From: Basidiobolus meristosporus CBS 931.73
Taxonomy: Eukaryota; Fungi; Basidiobolomycota
NCBI GenBank assembly: GCA_002104905.1
Contig: MCFE01000056.1
Span: 124,001 to 188,000 of the forward strand
Direction of reading: 5' to 3'
Length of the DNA stretch: 64,000 nt
The position numbers and the translations under genes were made by a program. Positions 14,300-29,549 of the stretch are shown here, piece after piece; within the stretch, counting starts at the first letter, position 1; every line of letters begins with the position of its first letter. A model generated the notes under the pieces. It was given only the letters and a program-made list of their open reading frames with translations. It searched no databases and was not told where the DNA came from.

Positions 14300-15105
14300 T
14301 TTATGTAGGTGCAATGTCTCAAATACAAGACTGTTATAAATACTGGCCACTGATCTTATCAACTTGAATCTACCACCAATCTTATGGACCAGAGCAGAAC
14401 TCTGGTGGTAGTCTCACAGGTATCTGGGCCTAAATTGCTATCCAACCTGGTTAGCTACCTGTATTCATTGCTGGATAAGCTTTGTATGCTTTCCAGTGGG
14501 ATAGCAATAAATGGCCATCATGTAAAAGAGCCTATTATTATCTGCATTAGAGATACCCCAGCCATCAGCAAGATAGGTGGCTTTACTGGGCACAATGTAT
14601 GGTATTGCTGTCAAATGTGTGAGATTCAGGGGACTTACTCCACAACTCATGCACATTATTATTACCCAAACACCAACACTAAGAACATCATCTTTCTACT
14701 GAGAGGACATACAGAAGTCAGCATGCAATTACAGTAAAGTTGGCAAGCTATAAGCCATTGACCAGAATATGAGATTAAATGGAGACCAGAGATACTTAAG
14801 ATAGAGGGTATCTGTTGGAGCAAAAGCTTTCCACTGGGAGCAATGCATATGCTTTTCAGCAATATCCCTATACTGATTACCAAGTGTACAAGGGGCATTT
14901 CAAGCTAAATGAGCCCTTTGAGATACTGGAGAAACTTGAAAGAACTGGCAAGATATTAAAGAGTATCTGCCACCCTAAGTACTTCTCATGGGCTCCAATC
15001 AACATTCATATGCATATGCAGCAATACAAGTGTCAGGACTGGATGAACTGGATATTTATTTATTCAAGTGGCCTTCTAAAGCCATTTCTACCTGATGGAA
15101 AATAA
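14300..15105 (+). mobile_element. CACTA/EnSpm-like tnp2 transposase remnant
   Basis: ORF 14384-14737 contains DTPAISKIGGFTGHNVWYCCQMCEIQG, matching the DxPA..K..G..GH...C..C...G pattern of tnp2 transposases. Confidence 0.7.
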
Positions 15106-15109
15106 AACT

Positions 15110-16602
15110 TGGGACTAAGTCAAATCATCAATCAACCAAAAATCAATTGGATGCAGATGGGTCTTCAAGACAAAATACAAGGCTGATGGTACAATTGAAA
15201 GATACAAAGCAAGACTTGTGGCCAGACAATACTCTCAAGCAAAAGGACTTGACTATACTGAGACCTTTGCACTGGTAGCCAAGCTTTAATTCCATCAGAT
15301 TAATATTGGCTATTGCAGCCAAATATAAGTTTTTTATTCATCAAATGGATATAAAAACTGCATTTTTGAATGGAGAACTTGACAAGGACATGTATATGGA
15401 CCAGCCTGATGGGCTTGTTGACCAAGATAACCCTTGTTTGGTCTACAAGCTCAAAAAGTCACTATATGGTCTCAAACAATCACCAAGAGCCTGGAATTGC
15501 AAGATATATTCTTATTTGAAATCTCCAAGTTTCAAAAGGAGTAATGCTGACTATAGTATATACTGTTAGCCAGATAGAGCAAATCCAGTTATAATAGCTC
15601 TATATGTGGATGATCTTATTATAGCCACCAATACCTAGAAACATTGGAAGAGACTAAATCCAGCCTATACAAGGAGTTCAAGATGTCCGATCTAGGAGAA
15701 CTCAGCTACTACTTGGGGATTAAGTTCTCCATAGACAGAAGTACCCAGACTATTACCCTAAGCCAATCCAAGTATATTCACAATATATTAAAGAAGTACA
15801 AAATGGAAGACTGTAAACCAACAGCTACCCCAATGGAGACCAACCTTAACTTGGTCAAAACTCAACCAAATCAAGAGAGCTTGGTGCCATCTGAAAGCCC
15901 TGAATTTCCTTAGCAATCTATGATCGGTAGTCTGACTGTGTATATCATGCTTGGAACACGTCCAGATATCTCATATTCAGTAGGGAGTTGTCAGCCAACA
16001 TAATCAGAACTATGGATCTGATCATATTGCAGCAGTTAAGCGGATTTTTAGATACCTGAAAAGGAACTGCTGATATCTGCTTAAGATACACTTATAAGGA
16101 CTCAGAACAGGATCTTGTGGGATACTCTGATGCGGATTGGGACAGAATTTGGAAGACAGAAGATCCACCACAGATTACACCTTCTTTACTGTAAAGGAGC
16201 AATTTCATGGAATTCAAGAAAGCAACCAACTGTAGCACTTTCTACCACAGAGGCAGAGTATATGGCAGCCTGTGAAGCTACAAAAGAAGCAATGTGGCTA
16301 AGAAAGCTTTTTACAGATTTAGGCCTATGTCAAAAACATGCCTATTACTTTATTTCAAGATAATCAAGGATGTATACAATTAGGTAGAAATCCAACTTTC
16401 ATGCTAATACTAAGCACACTTAGATAAGATATTAGGCATCATTTCATATGTGAAGCTATAGAGAATAACTTAGTTAGCTTAGCTTACTGCCCTTCAGATG
16501 AAATGATTGCAGACATATTTACAAACCATTAGCTAGAGACAAGTATGAATATCTTACGTCAAAATTGGGACTAGTCAGTATGAGCATTTAGCGGAGTGGG
16601 AG
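15110..16602 (+). mobile_element. Ty1/copia RT-RNase H remnant
   Basis: Motifs [65 protein letters not shown] and YCPSDEMIADIFTKPL. Polypurine tract GCGGAGTGGGAG at 16591-16602. Confidence 0.92.
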
Positions 16603-17687
16603 TGTTGTAATAATTTGGAATTCCACCTAAATATTCACCTAACTTAGTCACTTAGATCATTATCTTCATATCCTAGAGAATACTGACCAAATTCCTTGTT
16701 GGGATTTGCTTGGAATATTTTCACCAAAATACCAGGTACCCAGAACATGAAAATTTTCAAAGTTGTCCAAACAGCCCTAAACTTTGCACACATGTTCTTG
16801 AGACCTTCCTTGGCCTATTCTATGTGCTTGTTATGCTAAGACTATGTAAAAGTATAAATACTACTTTTACATCAGATTTGTTCCACTGGATATAGTGCCA
16901 CACTGAGCCATGAGTGCCAAATGATACCGTAGTGTATCAGGGAGGCCAAGTGAGCCTATACTTGGCCACAGAGTGTGAAACATAGCTCTGCATCTTCATG
17001 CAGAGCAGCCCCTGTGTTTTACCCATTGTACTAGAGAGAATCCATTTTTTGACCTTTTTTTTGGATCAATGTTATGTAGGATGTGTAAGAGCACAAAAGG
17101 AATGAAAACATACATCTGGTACTCAATACCCATGGCACTCTGAATCTATCTCCTGTATCTTGTATCAAGTCACAAAAATGTATGGCACTATCTTGGTCCA
17201 CTGGTACTATCTGGCACTCTAAGTGCTTTATATGGGTTTTACTTTATGGCTGATATTTAAATATAGTGCCTGATAGTACCAGTGGACCAAGATAGTGCCA
17301 TATGTTTTTGTGACTTGATACAAGCAACAGGAGATAGATTCAGAGTGCCATGGGTATTGAGTACCAGATGCATGTCTTCATTCCTTCTGTGCTCTTACAC
17401 ATCCTGCACAGCACTGATCCAAAAAAAAGGTTAAAAAATGGATTTTCTCCAGCAAAATAGGTAAAACACAGGGGCTGCTTTGCATGAAGATGCAGAGCTA
17501 TGTTTCACACTCTGAGGCCAAGTTTAGGTCTGCAATGCCTTTCTAGCATGCAATGGCACTATTTGGTACTCATGGCTCAATGTGGCACTATCCAACAGAA
17601 CAAGTCTATTCAATAAATCATTAAGTGAAAACCACATAATCTACTTGTCCTCCCAATCACTTCCAATATCTCCAAGACTCTTACAAT
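16603..17687 (+). repeat. copia 3' LTR interrupted by a foldback element
   Basis: TGTTG start after the PPT. The two halves (16603-16872 and 17609-17687) join to match the intact solo LTR at 56856-57188. Confidence 0.85.
16873..17608. mobile_element. about 736 bp foldback/MITE-like palindromic insertion
   Basis: Two inverted arms of about 345 bp around an approximately 46 bp spacer (17219-17264). Termini CAGATTTGTTC...GAACAAGTCTA. Non-coding. Confidence 0.85.
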
Positions 17688-18777
17688 ACAAAAAGCATAA
17701 TCTCTTACACATTGAAACAATGATCTGTTACAACACAACTGTGTTTGGTAGCCAATGAATATGTTGTGTTTTGCTGAGGACAAGTAGACAAATGTCTTAG
17801 AAAATATTGCACCTGGATTACCCTCATTTCAGTTGGGGTCAGGGTCAGCACCCTGACAGCAGAGATATTTAAGGTTGGAAATTTAACTGAAAACTACCAG
17901 CAGAATACCAGTGGTATGCCAGTGAAGTACCAGTAGCAGTTTGTATGAAGTCCAAGCAGGATCTTTTTCAAAAGGTACATGATTTACACCAGCTCTGGTT
18001 CCCACCCTCCCATAACCTTTGGTGAAGCATTCTTACTGGAATTTTCTTGGCCATGAAACAGATGCACATCAACCACAAAACAACTTCGTAGGCTATTCAT
18101 TACCACTGAAAATAATGAGAATACTGAGCATTTTCGGATTCCTCATACTTGACCAAAAAGCCTGGATGGAGGTGTGTTGGCTGTTGCAGGTCTTAAGGAC
18201 CAGGCATATGATCGAAAATGGAGCATATCATCCAGGTTGGGATGATTCACAAAAGAGGGAACGGAAGGGATAGAGAAATATATGAAAGATATGTGCCCAG
18301 TTTAGGGTCACATAGACGCCCTAATATTGTTGGTACAATTCCAACCAGATACTCATGGGAACCAAGTCCAAATCGGCCTGATACATATGATTCATCGAGA
18401 GCAATGCTGATTACCAGCAACAGGCATAAATTCAATAAGCTAATAGGTTCAAAACACCAACTCCCTCCACCTCCACTCACTCAGCTCTTACGACCACTGG
18501 CTTCGAACCTCCCACCTACAATCTCTTCGAAACCATCCGAATTGTGCACAGTTGTGGCTATAAATGATAAGGAGGTTTTCAACCGAAGCGATTTCTAGAT
18601 AACACTGTAGAACGCAGTGCCTATTCTTACGGGCTGCGGATGATCCGAGATGATATATCGAGATTGGTGGAACATCGCGGACGATGATCCAAATAGGTCG
18701 ATGAGGCATATTTGCCATTGCCTGAGGGCCAATATATATATCTCCGGGATAAAGACCGGTGGAGCCATACGAAATTC

Positions 18778-19440
18778 ATGAACGCCTTCACCGTGAGTCA
18801 GAATTTTCGAGTCGCTCCTTGGAGGCTGCGTGGCCTGGCGTGGAGCAGGCTGGCGGTTATTCCTAGGGCGTACAGCAGTAGTTGTTGTCAGCACCAGACC
18901 AAGAAGGAGGACAGCCACCCCCCGGGTTCCGACCACTCGCTCCCCGTCTCTAACCTGTCGTTCTGGTCGGACTCAACCGTGTGGAAACGGGCTGGGATCA
19001 ACACCACCCGCTGCCTCGTTGGTTGCTCCTTGGGGGACCTCAGCATGTTCATGTACCTGACCCATTACCACCCGGACGTGTCCATACTTTACAGCATGCC
19101 GTTGTCCATGGCGGCAGGGCTTGGCACCTCCATCGCGCTGGAGACGGTGTTCCTGTATTACAAGGAGCGGTTCAACTCGGTCAAACAGGCGTTCCGAACC
19201 GCCGCCGGCATGAGTCTGATCTCCATGCTGGTTATGGAGGCGTCCGAGAACCTGGTGAATCTGTACACCACCAACCAGTTGGTCAAGGCGACCGGTTGCT
19301 CGTTGGCCGAGCTGACGTTGGCCAACAACGGGGTCGCCACGCTGGGTAGCATCCTCAGCGTCTCCATGTTGGCCGGATTTCTGGCTCCGTTGCCATACAA
19401 TTATTTCAAGTTGAAAAAGTACGGGCGTGGTTGTCACTAA
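18778..19440 (+). CDS. DUF4396-family membrane protein (intronless)
   Basis: Motifs NTTRCLVGCSLGD, AAGMSLISMLVME and AGFLAPLPYNY..LKKYGRGCH match my recollection of DUF4396. First in-frame ATG is 18778. Confidence 0.75.
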   Translation: MNAFTVSQNFRVAPWRLRGLAWSRLAVIPRAYSSSCCQHQTKKEDSHPPGSDHSLPVSNLSFWSDSTVWKRAGINTTRCLVGCSLGDLSMFMYLTHYHPDVSILYSMPLSMAAGLGTSIALETVFLYYKERFNSVKQAFRTAAGMSLISMLVMEASENLVNLYTTNQLVKATGCSLAELTLANNGVATLGSILSVSMLAGFLAPLPYNYFKLKKYGRGCH

Positions 19441-19565
19441 ACTCAGTCCAATCCCATCCAATCCCATCCAATAAATCCATCTCCTTCACAATCAGTTTGA
19501 TTTGTTTACTCTTGATGCACCATATTTATTGTGATCGATCCTCACTCCATGGAGCGATCGTGAAG

Positions 19566-21077
19566 ATGGGCTCTCCCTCAATCCAAATAACGCCCAAGTA
19601 AGTATCGCTCTGTATCGTCAAGTCACTTTCAGCCAGCTTATCCGAGTCCCCTAGGCTTTTTCAGGAGAAACCCACCGACCAACCTACACCGAATGAGCCA
19701 AGCCCGTTCAACTTAAGTGACGACGAGTTTTGGGAAGAATGGGGACAAACGGTCCAAGTCAATCCCGCCCTTCCTAACCAACAAGAGGGCCCCGAGAGCG
19801 GACTTCAAAAGCGGCAACTTCAACTGAAGGAGCGCCCTTTCCCCTTCAACAAAATCTTCACCGAAACACCGCCATACCACCCATACGACGAGCAACAAGG
19901 GACGCCTTCACCCTTGTACCCAAATACACCCGAGAACCCCGAGTTTACCCCACTCGGCCCCACCTACTCTACAAACTCCAACCCTTTCAACACTTCCGAT
20001 TCCACCTTCGCCTTCACCCCCAACCAAAACCCCAATGAGAGCCCCTGCGACACGAACCAGGAGGAGTTCTGGAGAGAGTGGGCCGAAGAGTTCAAAACTC
20101 CCCCCTCCACCATAAATCATCCTACTCGACCGGCCGAGAATAGCCTCGGTAGGGTGTTCACTCCGGAAGAGATCGACTTGACCAATTCACCCACGGCAAC
20201 CCCTTCCCCGGACCTCAAGAAGGCTTCTCTGGATTCACCAGACAGCGCGAACCTTCCCTCCTTGGCGTTCGTCACTGTGAGAAGGACCGGACGTCGCGAC
20301 AGGCGGTTCCAGTTGAGAAACTCCACCCCGGGATCACCGCTTAACCCCAATAATCGCAAGGCTGACAACAGGAGCAACATCCATAGCGTCGCCGATCGAT
20401 TCTCCGCTATTCAGCTGGACAGTGAGGAGGAGGGAGAGGTCGGGAAGGAATCGAGTCCACCACGGGGGAACAAACCCGAGGGTCCCACCGAAATGGACGA
20501 CGAGGAGTCGTTGAGTGAGGCGTTCTACACCCCTGCACCTAGAGGTCGCCGAAGAATGGTGATTCTAAGCGATGAAGAATCCGATGGTGAGGAGGAAGCC
20601 GCCGCGGAGAGTCCACTACCCGAGATCAGGCCCGAGACCGAGACGGAGTCCGAGGAATCTGAGCATGAGACCTTGGAATTCAACGTGGACTCCGAGGCGA
20701 CCATGATCGAAACGAATTCCAGCCTGAATTGCACCCCGGAGAAATTGAGTGAGGACCGGGTCGATAGTCCGGACAGCCTGTTTACGGTCAAGCGAAGAAT
20801 CAAGCCCAACCGACTCTTGGTGGTGGACAGTGATGACGAGAACTCCGATTCGGAAACATCCCAACCTCAACCTCCCACTCCCCCCTTCCAATCTATTGAG
20901 GTGGACCTGAACGACCCTGAGTTCGATAGAGCACACAATGCTACCCCCGACAACCCTCCGCATCGGGATGTTCAAAGCTCGATCTTTGACACCCCTGAGG
21001 ATATCCAACCGCCCAAGTTCACTGTAGATAGCGACAACGAGATGGACGGCAATTCCGAAACCGAAGGTACCTCCCCC

Positions 21078-21110
<33 letters not shown>

Positions 21111-22540
21111 CCAGAAACCATCCTTTCCGAACCTTTCACTCACCTTGACCAGTCAGCTCCGACGACTCCGACCTCGACTCCGGGATCATTGTGTAGTAAG
21201 TAGGCCCCTTCTATCGAAGTGACTGTGACAGAGCGATCGCTGAGCAGGGAGATTTTTCTAGCGAGGGAAACATCACGAATCGAGTGATCGAGATCAAGGA
21301 GGATGACACGTTCTGGATGGAGCCACCACCCACCCCGGAGACCCCTCGGACCCCATACAGAACTCCCCAGCCAGCCACCCTGATCGACTCCTCTTCCAAG
21401 ACCGCCACCGTCCGACAATTCAAAAAGCATCGGGAACACCTGACCCGGGAGCTCTTCCACGAGTACAACCGGAAGGTGTTCGACAACAAGCTACCCAAGG
21501 AGATGAAGATCACCTGGTCGGTGACACTGAAAACGACCGCTGGCCGAGCGATTTCTCACAGGTATCGTTGGCGGCACCCATCCTCTCCCGTGGTATCCGG
21601 TATTCACCATTCACTTTAGGCAAAGACGTGACGACGAGTGGACCTACGTCTCCAGGGTAGAGCTCTCGACCAAAGTGGTGGACAACATCGGTAAGTTCCC
21701 CTCCTCCTCCTCCTCCTCCCCCTCCCCCTTCCCTCGCCTAAATGAGTAGCTAACCAAGCGACCATGGGCCAGATCGACTCCGGAACACGTTGGCTCACGA
21801 GCTGTGCCATTGCGCAGCTTGGATCATCAATCATATCGCGAAACCGGCGCACGGGGCCGAGTTCAAATACTGGTAATTCATGGCGACCTTGACCCCATCC
21901 CTTTCGAACCGTCACTCACTCGGTACAGGGCACAGCAAGTGATGAAGGTCTACCCGGACCTCAATATCACCACCTGTCATTCCTACGAGATCGCCTACAA
22001 GTACTACTTCGAGTGCGTCAACCCCATGTGTAAGAAAGTGTAAGTGTGGACGATGTTCTTCATAACTGCCCGTCACCGTACCCGTACCCTAACCCGTACC
22101 CTAACCTCAATCCGTCTAGTTACGGCCGACACTCGAAATCCATTGATCCGGATAGACACGCGTGCGGAGTATGTCGCAGGTAACCCCCTAGAAAGTCACC
22201 AATTCACCCGCATACGACTAACCCCTGAGACGCTAGCAAACTGCGGGAGATGGAGAGGCTGAAGAAGGATGGGACACCGTTCAAGAAACGGGAACCCAAC
22301 AAGTACCAGCTGTTCATCAAGGTAGGTTGGATGTTATCGTGGAACCATGGTGGTCGGCGCTGACCCAGCATATCCTTACCGCAATAGGAGAACTTCAGAC
22401 GGGTGAAGGATGCGAACCCGTACGCCACGCAGTCCCAGTTGATGTCGCTGCTGTCGGCAGAGTACAAGAAGAAGTCCGCCCAGGAGAGCAAGGCCATCGA
22501 CGAGTTGGCCAACTCCATTCACCGGATCGAACTGGACTGA
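19566..22540 (+). CDS. GCNA/ACRC-like SprT metalloprotease (acidic disordered N-terminus, SprT, Zn finger, HMG-like C-terminus), multi-exon
   Basis: Long acidic low-complexity exon 19655-21196, then LAHELCHCAAWII..HGAEFKYW (HExxH), YKYYFEC..C, YGRHSKSID...CGVC and NKYQLFIK.ENFRRVK. Canonical GT-AG introns. Confidence 0.88.
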
Positions 22541-22776
22541 GCATTCATGTAAAGAACGAATCCATGTATTTTTAATCCCAGCAAAGGGAAGGGAGGAGAT
22601 ATTGGTACGACTGCGTGTGACTTCATCTCACCCGGCTCCAATAAACTTGGTTAATTCAAATCATCCACTTAATCATGTTCAGATGGTGGGACGTTGAAGG
22701 GGGATACCCGCTGACCTAAATCGAACCAGCACCCTCCGTTATATGGCCCAGTGACAACCAGCTCTAGGCACTGACG

Positions 22777-25389
<2,613 letters not shown>

Positions 25390-25638
25390 TCCCACCTCCA
25401 CATCAACAGACGTGTATTCCACCCGAACCGATGTATTTTCTCCCATTAAAATCGAGTTCACAGCGAAGAAATTGTCTTAGATCCGGTCCCATTTAAATCA
25501 GGATCACATCAATATTTGGTTACGGTTCTCTTTAGAAAGTAGTCGCAGTGAAAGCCATAGTAGCAGTACGTCCTAAGTACACGGCATATGCATCGATATC
25601 GAGAGAATTCGAATTAACCAACCCACACGCTCTAGGTA

Positions 25639-28600
25639 ATGGACTCTGCGACCCAACCGACCCAACCGGACCAAAGCACCCAGGAGGTATCCCAATCCCA
25701 AGAGGTACCCTTTGCCCAGGAAGAGATCCTCGCCAAGCTCATCCCCCTATCCCCCGAATTCCCACCTGTGGACTTGTTCAAAGAGAAACTGGAGTTCGGC
25801 TATCTCCTTGGTAGACATCCAGGTTGCGACGTCGTCCTTCCCGACGACAGACGCATCAGCAACAAACATTGCAGAATCTTCACCGTACGTACACATACTC
25901 TGTTGGTCGAAGTGGACCGAGACGTCCGACTTTATTGACCCAACTTCTTCAGCCTTACAAAAACGACCATTCCATACACGGAACTTCTATACTCATCGAG
26001 GATCTCAGGTAATCGACAAACATGGTGCTGAGTGGTTTCCCGAGAATCAAACTGAACTCCATCCCCCCCCCACCCCACCTTCCTGGTGAATCGTACGTTA
26101 GCACCAATGGTACATACATAGGGAAAAAACCTCTAGGGAAAGGCAACCGGATTTTGTTGGTTCACGGGGACGAACTTTGCTTAGGGACTTTACCCAAGTC
26201 GAATGGTCGCTCAGGACACCGTCAGTGTTTATTTACGTGAGAGGCGGCACCTGTACCGAGGCTGACGATTATTTCCTAGACTACCTGTTTCAAATCACAA
26301 ACCACGAACCGGTGACTCAGGTGACTCAGGTAAGACGCGACCATATCCAGCAAGCTTGTGACAATCGGATATCGCTCAGCACTGAACCTTCAACCAGAAA
26401 AACCACGCGATCATCCACGAGAAGTATTCGTTTCGGCATATTCTTGGCACGTACGTGGACTTGGGTCGTCTTGGCCACTGATCGACCCCAAATAACCCTC
26501 ACCTCCGTTTAGCGGGAACTTCTCGGTCGTCCATCTGGTGGCAGACAAGCAGACGGGAGAAAACTACGCGTGTAAGGTGATCGATAAAACCCGGTTCTTC
26601 ATGAAGCCGAAAGTCAAGGAAGCCTTCGCACGTGAAGTGGGTGATCAAAACCGGCCCGATATCCCCCCGAGAGTTCGCTAATACTTGTTTGCACATCAAC
26701 CAAGGTCAAGATACTGAAAACCCTCAACCACGTAAGTGAATAAGCACCGAAATCCCGAACCAACCCTCGATGATTCCCGATTCCCTAATCCCTCTGAAGC
26801 CGAACATCGTCTCTTTCGTCAGTTGCTATGACACCGAGGAGACCCTGTGGATCGTCATGGAGCTGGTCACCGGTGGAGATCTTCTCGCCTACATCACCGA
26901 AAAGGGAACTCTGCCGGAGAGTGAATGCAAGTCACTTTTCCACCAGATATGCCTCGCCTTGCAGGTAGGCAGCCTTGCCACTGAACCCTTCACCACGCCC
27001 CGCTAAAAGCGCCTAGTATTTACATCATCAAGGAATCACCCATCGTGACATGAAGCCCGAGGTGATTGACGATTTCCCTTGCTCCAGCAATCCCCAAACA
27101 CTTAGCATTCTATAGAATATTTTGATGACAGATCAAGAGAAGAACACCATAAAGATCTCGGACTTTGGTAGGTGCTCCGGCCTTTCCGCCGTTCTAACCA
27201 CACGATGATTAATCTCTGCCATTGAAAGGACTTGCCAAGGTAGTAAGCGAGCAGTCAATTCTACAAACGATGTGTGGAACCTTGACCTATTTGGCACCAG
27301 GTAAGGCGGTGATAATCAACGAGCCGGATTTGCAGAGGACTAATCGCTCTGCCTGTAGAGATCATGTCAGCCGATAGCCAGAGAAGCTATAGTCAAGCAG
27401 TCGGTGGGTACACTTCTTCGTAGGCAGTGATCTCCACGGAACCTTACCATTCCCATTGTAGATCTGTGGTCGTCAGGAATTATATTGTACTTAATGTAGG
27501 CGCACTAGGCTGGCGATTCTTTCGCGATAGATACTGACGGGAATCCCGACCCTCGTGCAGGCTGTTTGGAAGTTTCCCTTTCTCCCCACCAGAATCGATG
27601 CCTACCAAAATAGAGACCCCACGTGTATTGAAGTTTCCAAAGCACCCGAGGGTCAGCGACCAAGGTAGCCACGTATCATCAACCTCCATTCTTGACCGAC
27701 CTCACTCATCAACCAGCCCCTTGTTAGCAAAACACCTCTTGGAACGCCTACTAACCGAAGACCCGAACAAACGAATCAATATCGATGAGACGCTCGATCA
27801 TCCTTGGTTCACTGTAGGCTATTACTTACCTAATCCACCTTTCCCGGTCATTAATCTCACCCATGGCACTGCCTAAAGTCCGACCCACACTCCGCCCTTA
27901 TAATCGAGGATAAACCCTCAGCAAAGCGAACATTCGACTCCACTCAAATCAAGAATACCTCCAATAGAACCGACCTTATAGAGAGCTCATCATCCGAAAC
28001 CTCCAATACCACCGGTAACACCCCCACGCCTGGCAGCGAACAATCCCATCATATCACTAAATCCACCCCCATTTCCAACAGAGGAGAACCCAGCCCAACA
28101 TTGGGGAACCCTCAAGATAGTCCCCGGGAGTCGTACGGGAAAAGACGTTCAACTCTACCGAGAATCAAACTTTTTCGGTCGAAGCACAAGTGAGTTCAAG
28201 ATGGGTGTAGCGATGATGGGACGCCCGTTGACCAACGTTTTTCCCTTAGAGAGCGAGATCCAAATCCAGGATCCCCGAATCAGCGGTAAACACTGCAGAG
28301 TGTGGAAAGACGCGGTGAATCAAGCCTACTTGCAGGATCTTAGGTAAATCGGGCTCCTCCTCTTCTTCCTCACCCGCTACCTGAGCCAACTCCTCCCTTT
28401 GTTGTAGCGCCAACGGGTGTTACGTGAATGGCCACCCGCTGGGGAAAGGAAAGGTCACCTTGCTAAATGACAACGACGTGATCGGCATCATTATCAACGA
28501 AGCCGATGTCAATGGTAGCGTAAACGTCTACATCCACAACTCCCCGTAGCCCGTAGCTCAACCCACTCCTTTCACGTCATAAGATTTCGTCAAGTACGTA

Positions 28601-29432
28601 TTCAAGTCGAATGTCACCTCTACCGTGGCATCGAACCTGCAATCGAGCGTGTTCCGAATCCCCCTCCCCTCTCCACAGAAGAACCGAGTCTTGGTAGGCT
28701 TCCGGTGAACCCCTCATCCTCCTCCTGGATCAATCACTCACTCGGCTCCAAGCATCTTCCAACAGATTCCCCCACAGCCAAGCGAAAGAAATCCCTGGAT
28801 CACCGGGAGGTGACGATCTGGGGCAGACTCCGATCCTTGCACTCAAATCACCCGAACGTTTGGCTGAAAGGGCACCAGCTGGCCTTCGGAAGGCATACAA
28901 GTTAGAATCCATGGATCGATTCCTTTGTGCGCCTATGTGACCTTCTAACCGCATTGAAATTTAGGTTGCCCCGCGGCAGTCAGATACAACAACCCCATAA
29001 TCAGTAGCATACGTAGGTTCAGCCACCCTCCCCCCCCCCACGCACACACACCATTGCTCACCGGATATTTAGATTGCAATCTCGAGCGACGTGGGAACGT
29101 CGTTTACCTGAAAGATAAGAGGTGGGTCTGCGGAGCACGAAGAGATCCTTGCACGTTCACTAACCTCGACCCGTTCACTGGGACTTTGTAGCACCAACGG
29201 GACCTTCGTCAATGGTAAGTTGCTAGGCCAAGGAAACGAGATCGCCCTGAAGTCCATGGACCAAATAGTCCTGGCCTATGATGACAAGAGTCCCCCGGGT
29301 AACCGCGACGCGGAATCGGAAGGTAACGGAGGATGGGAGGAACTTTTCTCAGTAGATGTGACGACTAACGGCTCCACAGTCCTGATAGGATATTGCTACG
29401 AACCGTATGATCTGCTCGAACAATGTAAATAA
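25639..29432 (+). CDS. Rad53/Chk2-like FHA Ser/Thr kinase with three FHA domains, multi-exon
   Basis: N-terminal TQ/SQ cluster and FHA1 (LGRHPGC..ISNKHC..STNG). Kinase motifs GNFSVV, ACKVIDK, HRDMKPE, DFG, CGTLTYLAPE and DLWS. FHA2 (FGRST..ISGKHC..SANG) and FHA3 (FGRHT..ISSIHC..STNG). Confidence 0.85.
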
Positions 29433-29549
29433 AGGGACATCGACAAAATTTTTATTGGTACATCAACGGGAATTAGAATAGAACACGAAATATTACAACC
29501 AGGACATCTTGATCTAAGCCTACTCACTCACTGCTCACTGCCGCGAGCA

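Noticed and set aside
21073-21110. Poly-C/(CT)n tract inside the GCNA exon
   Set aside because: Simple microsatellite in a disordered region; the frame is preserved.
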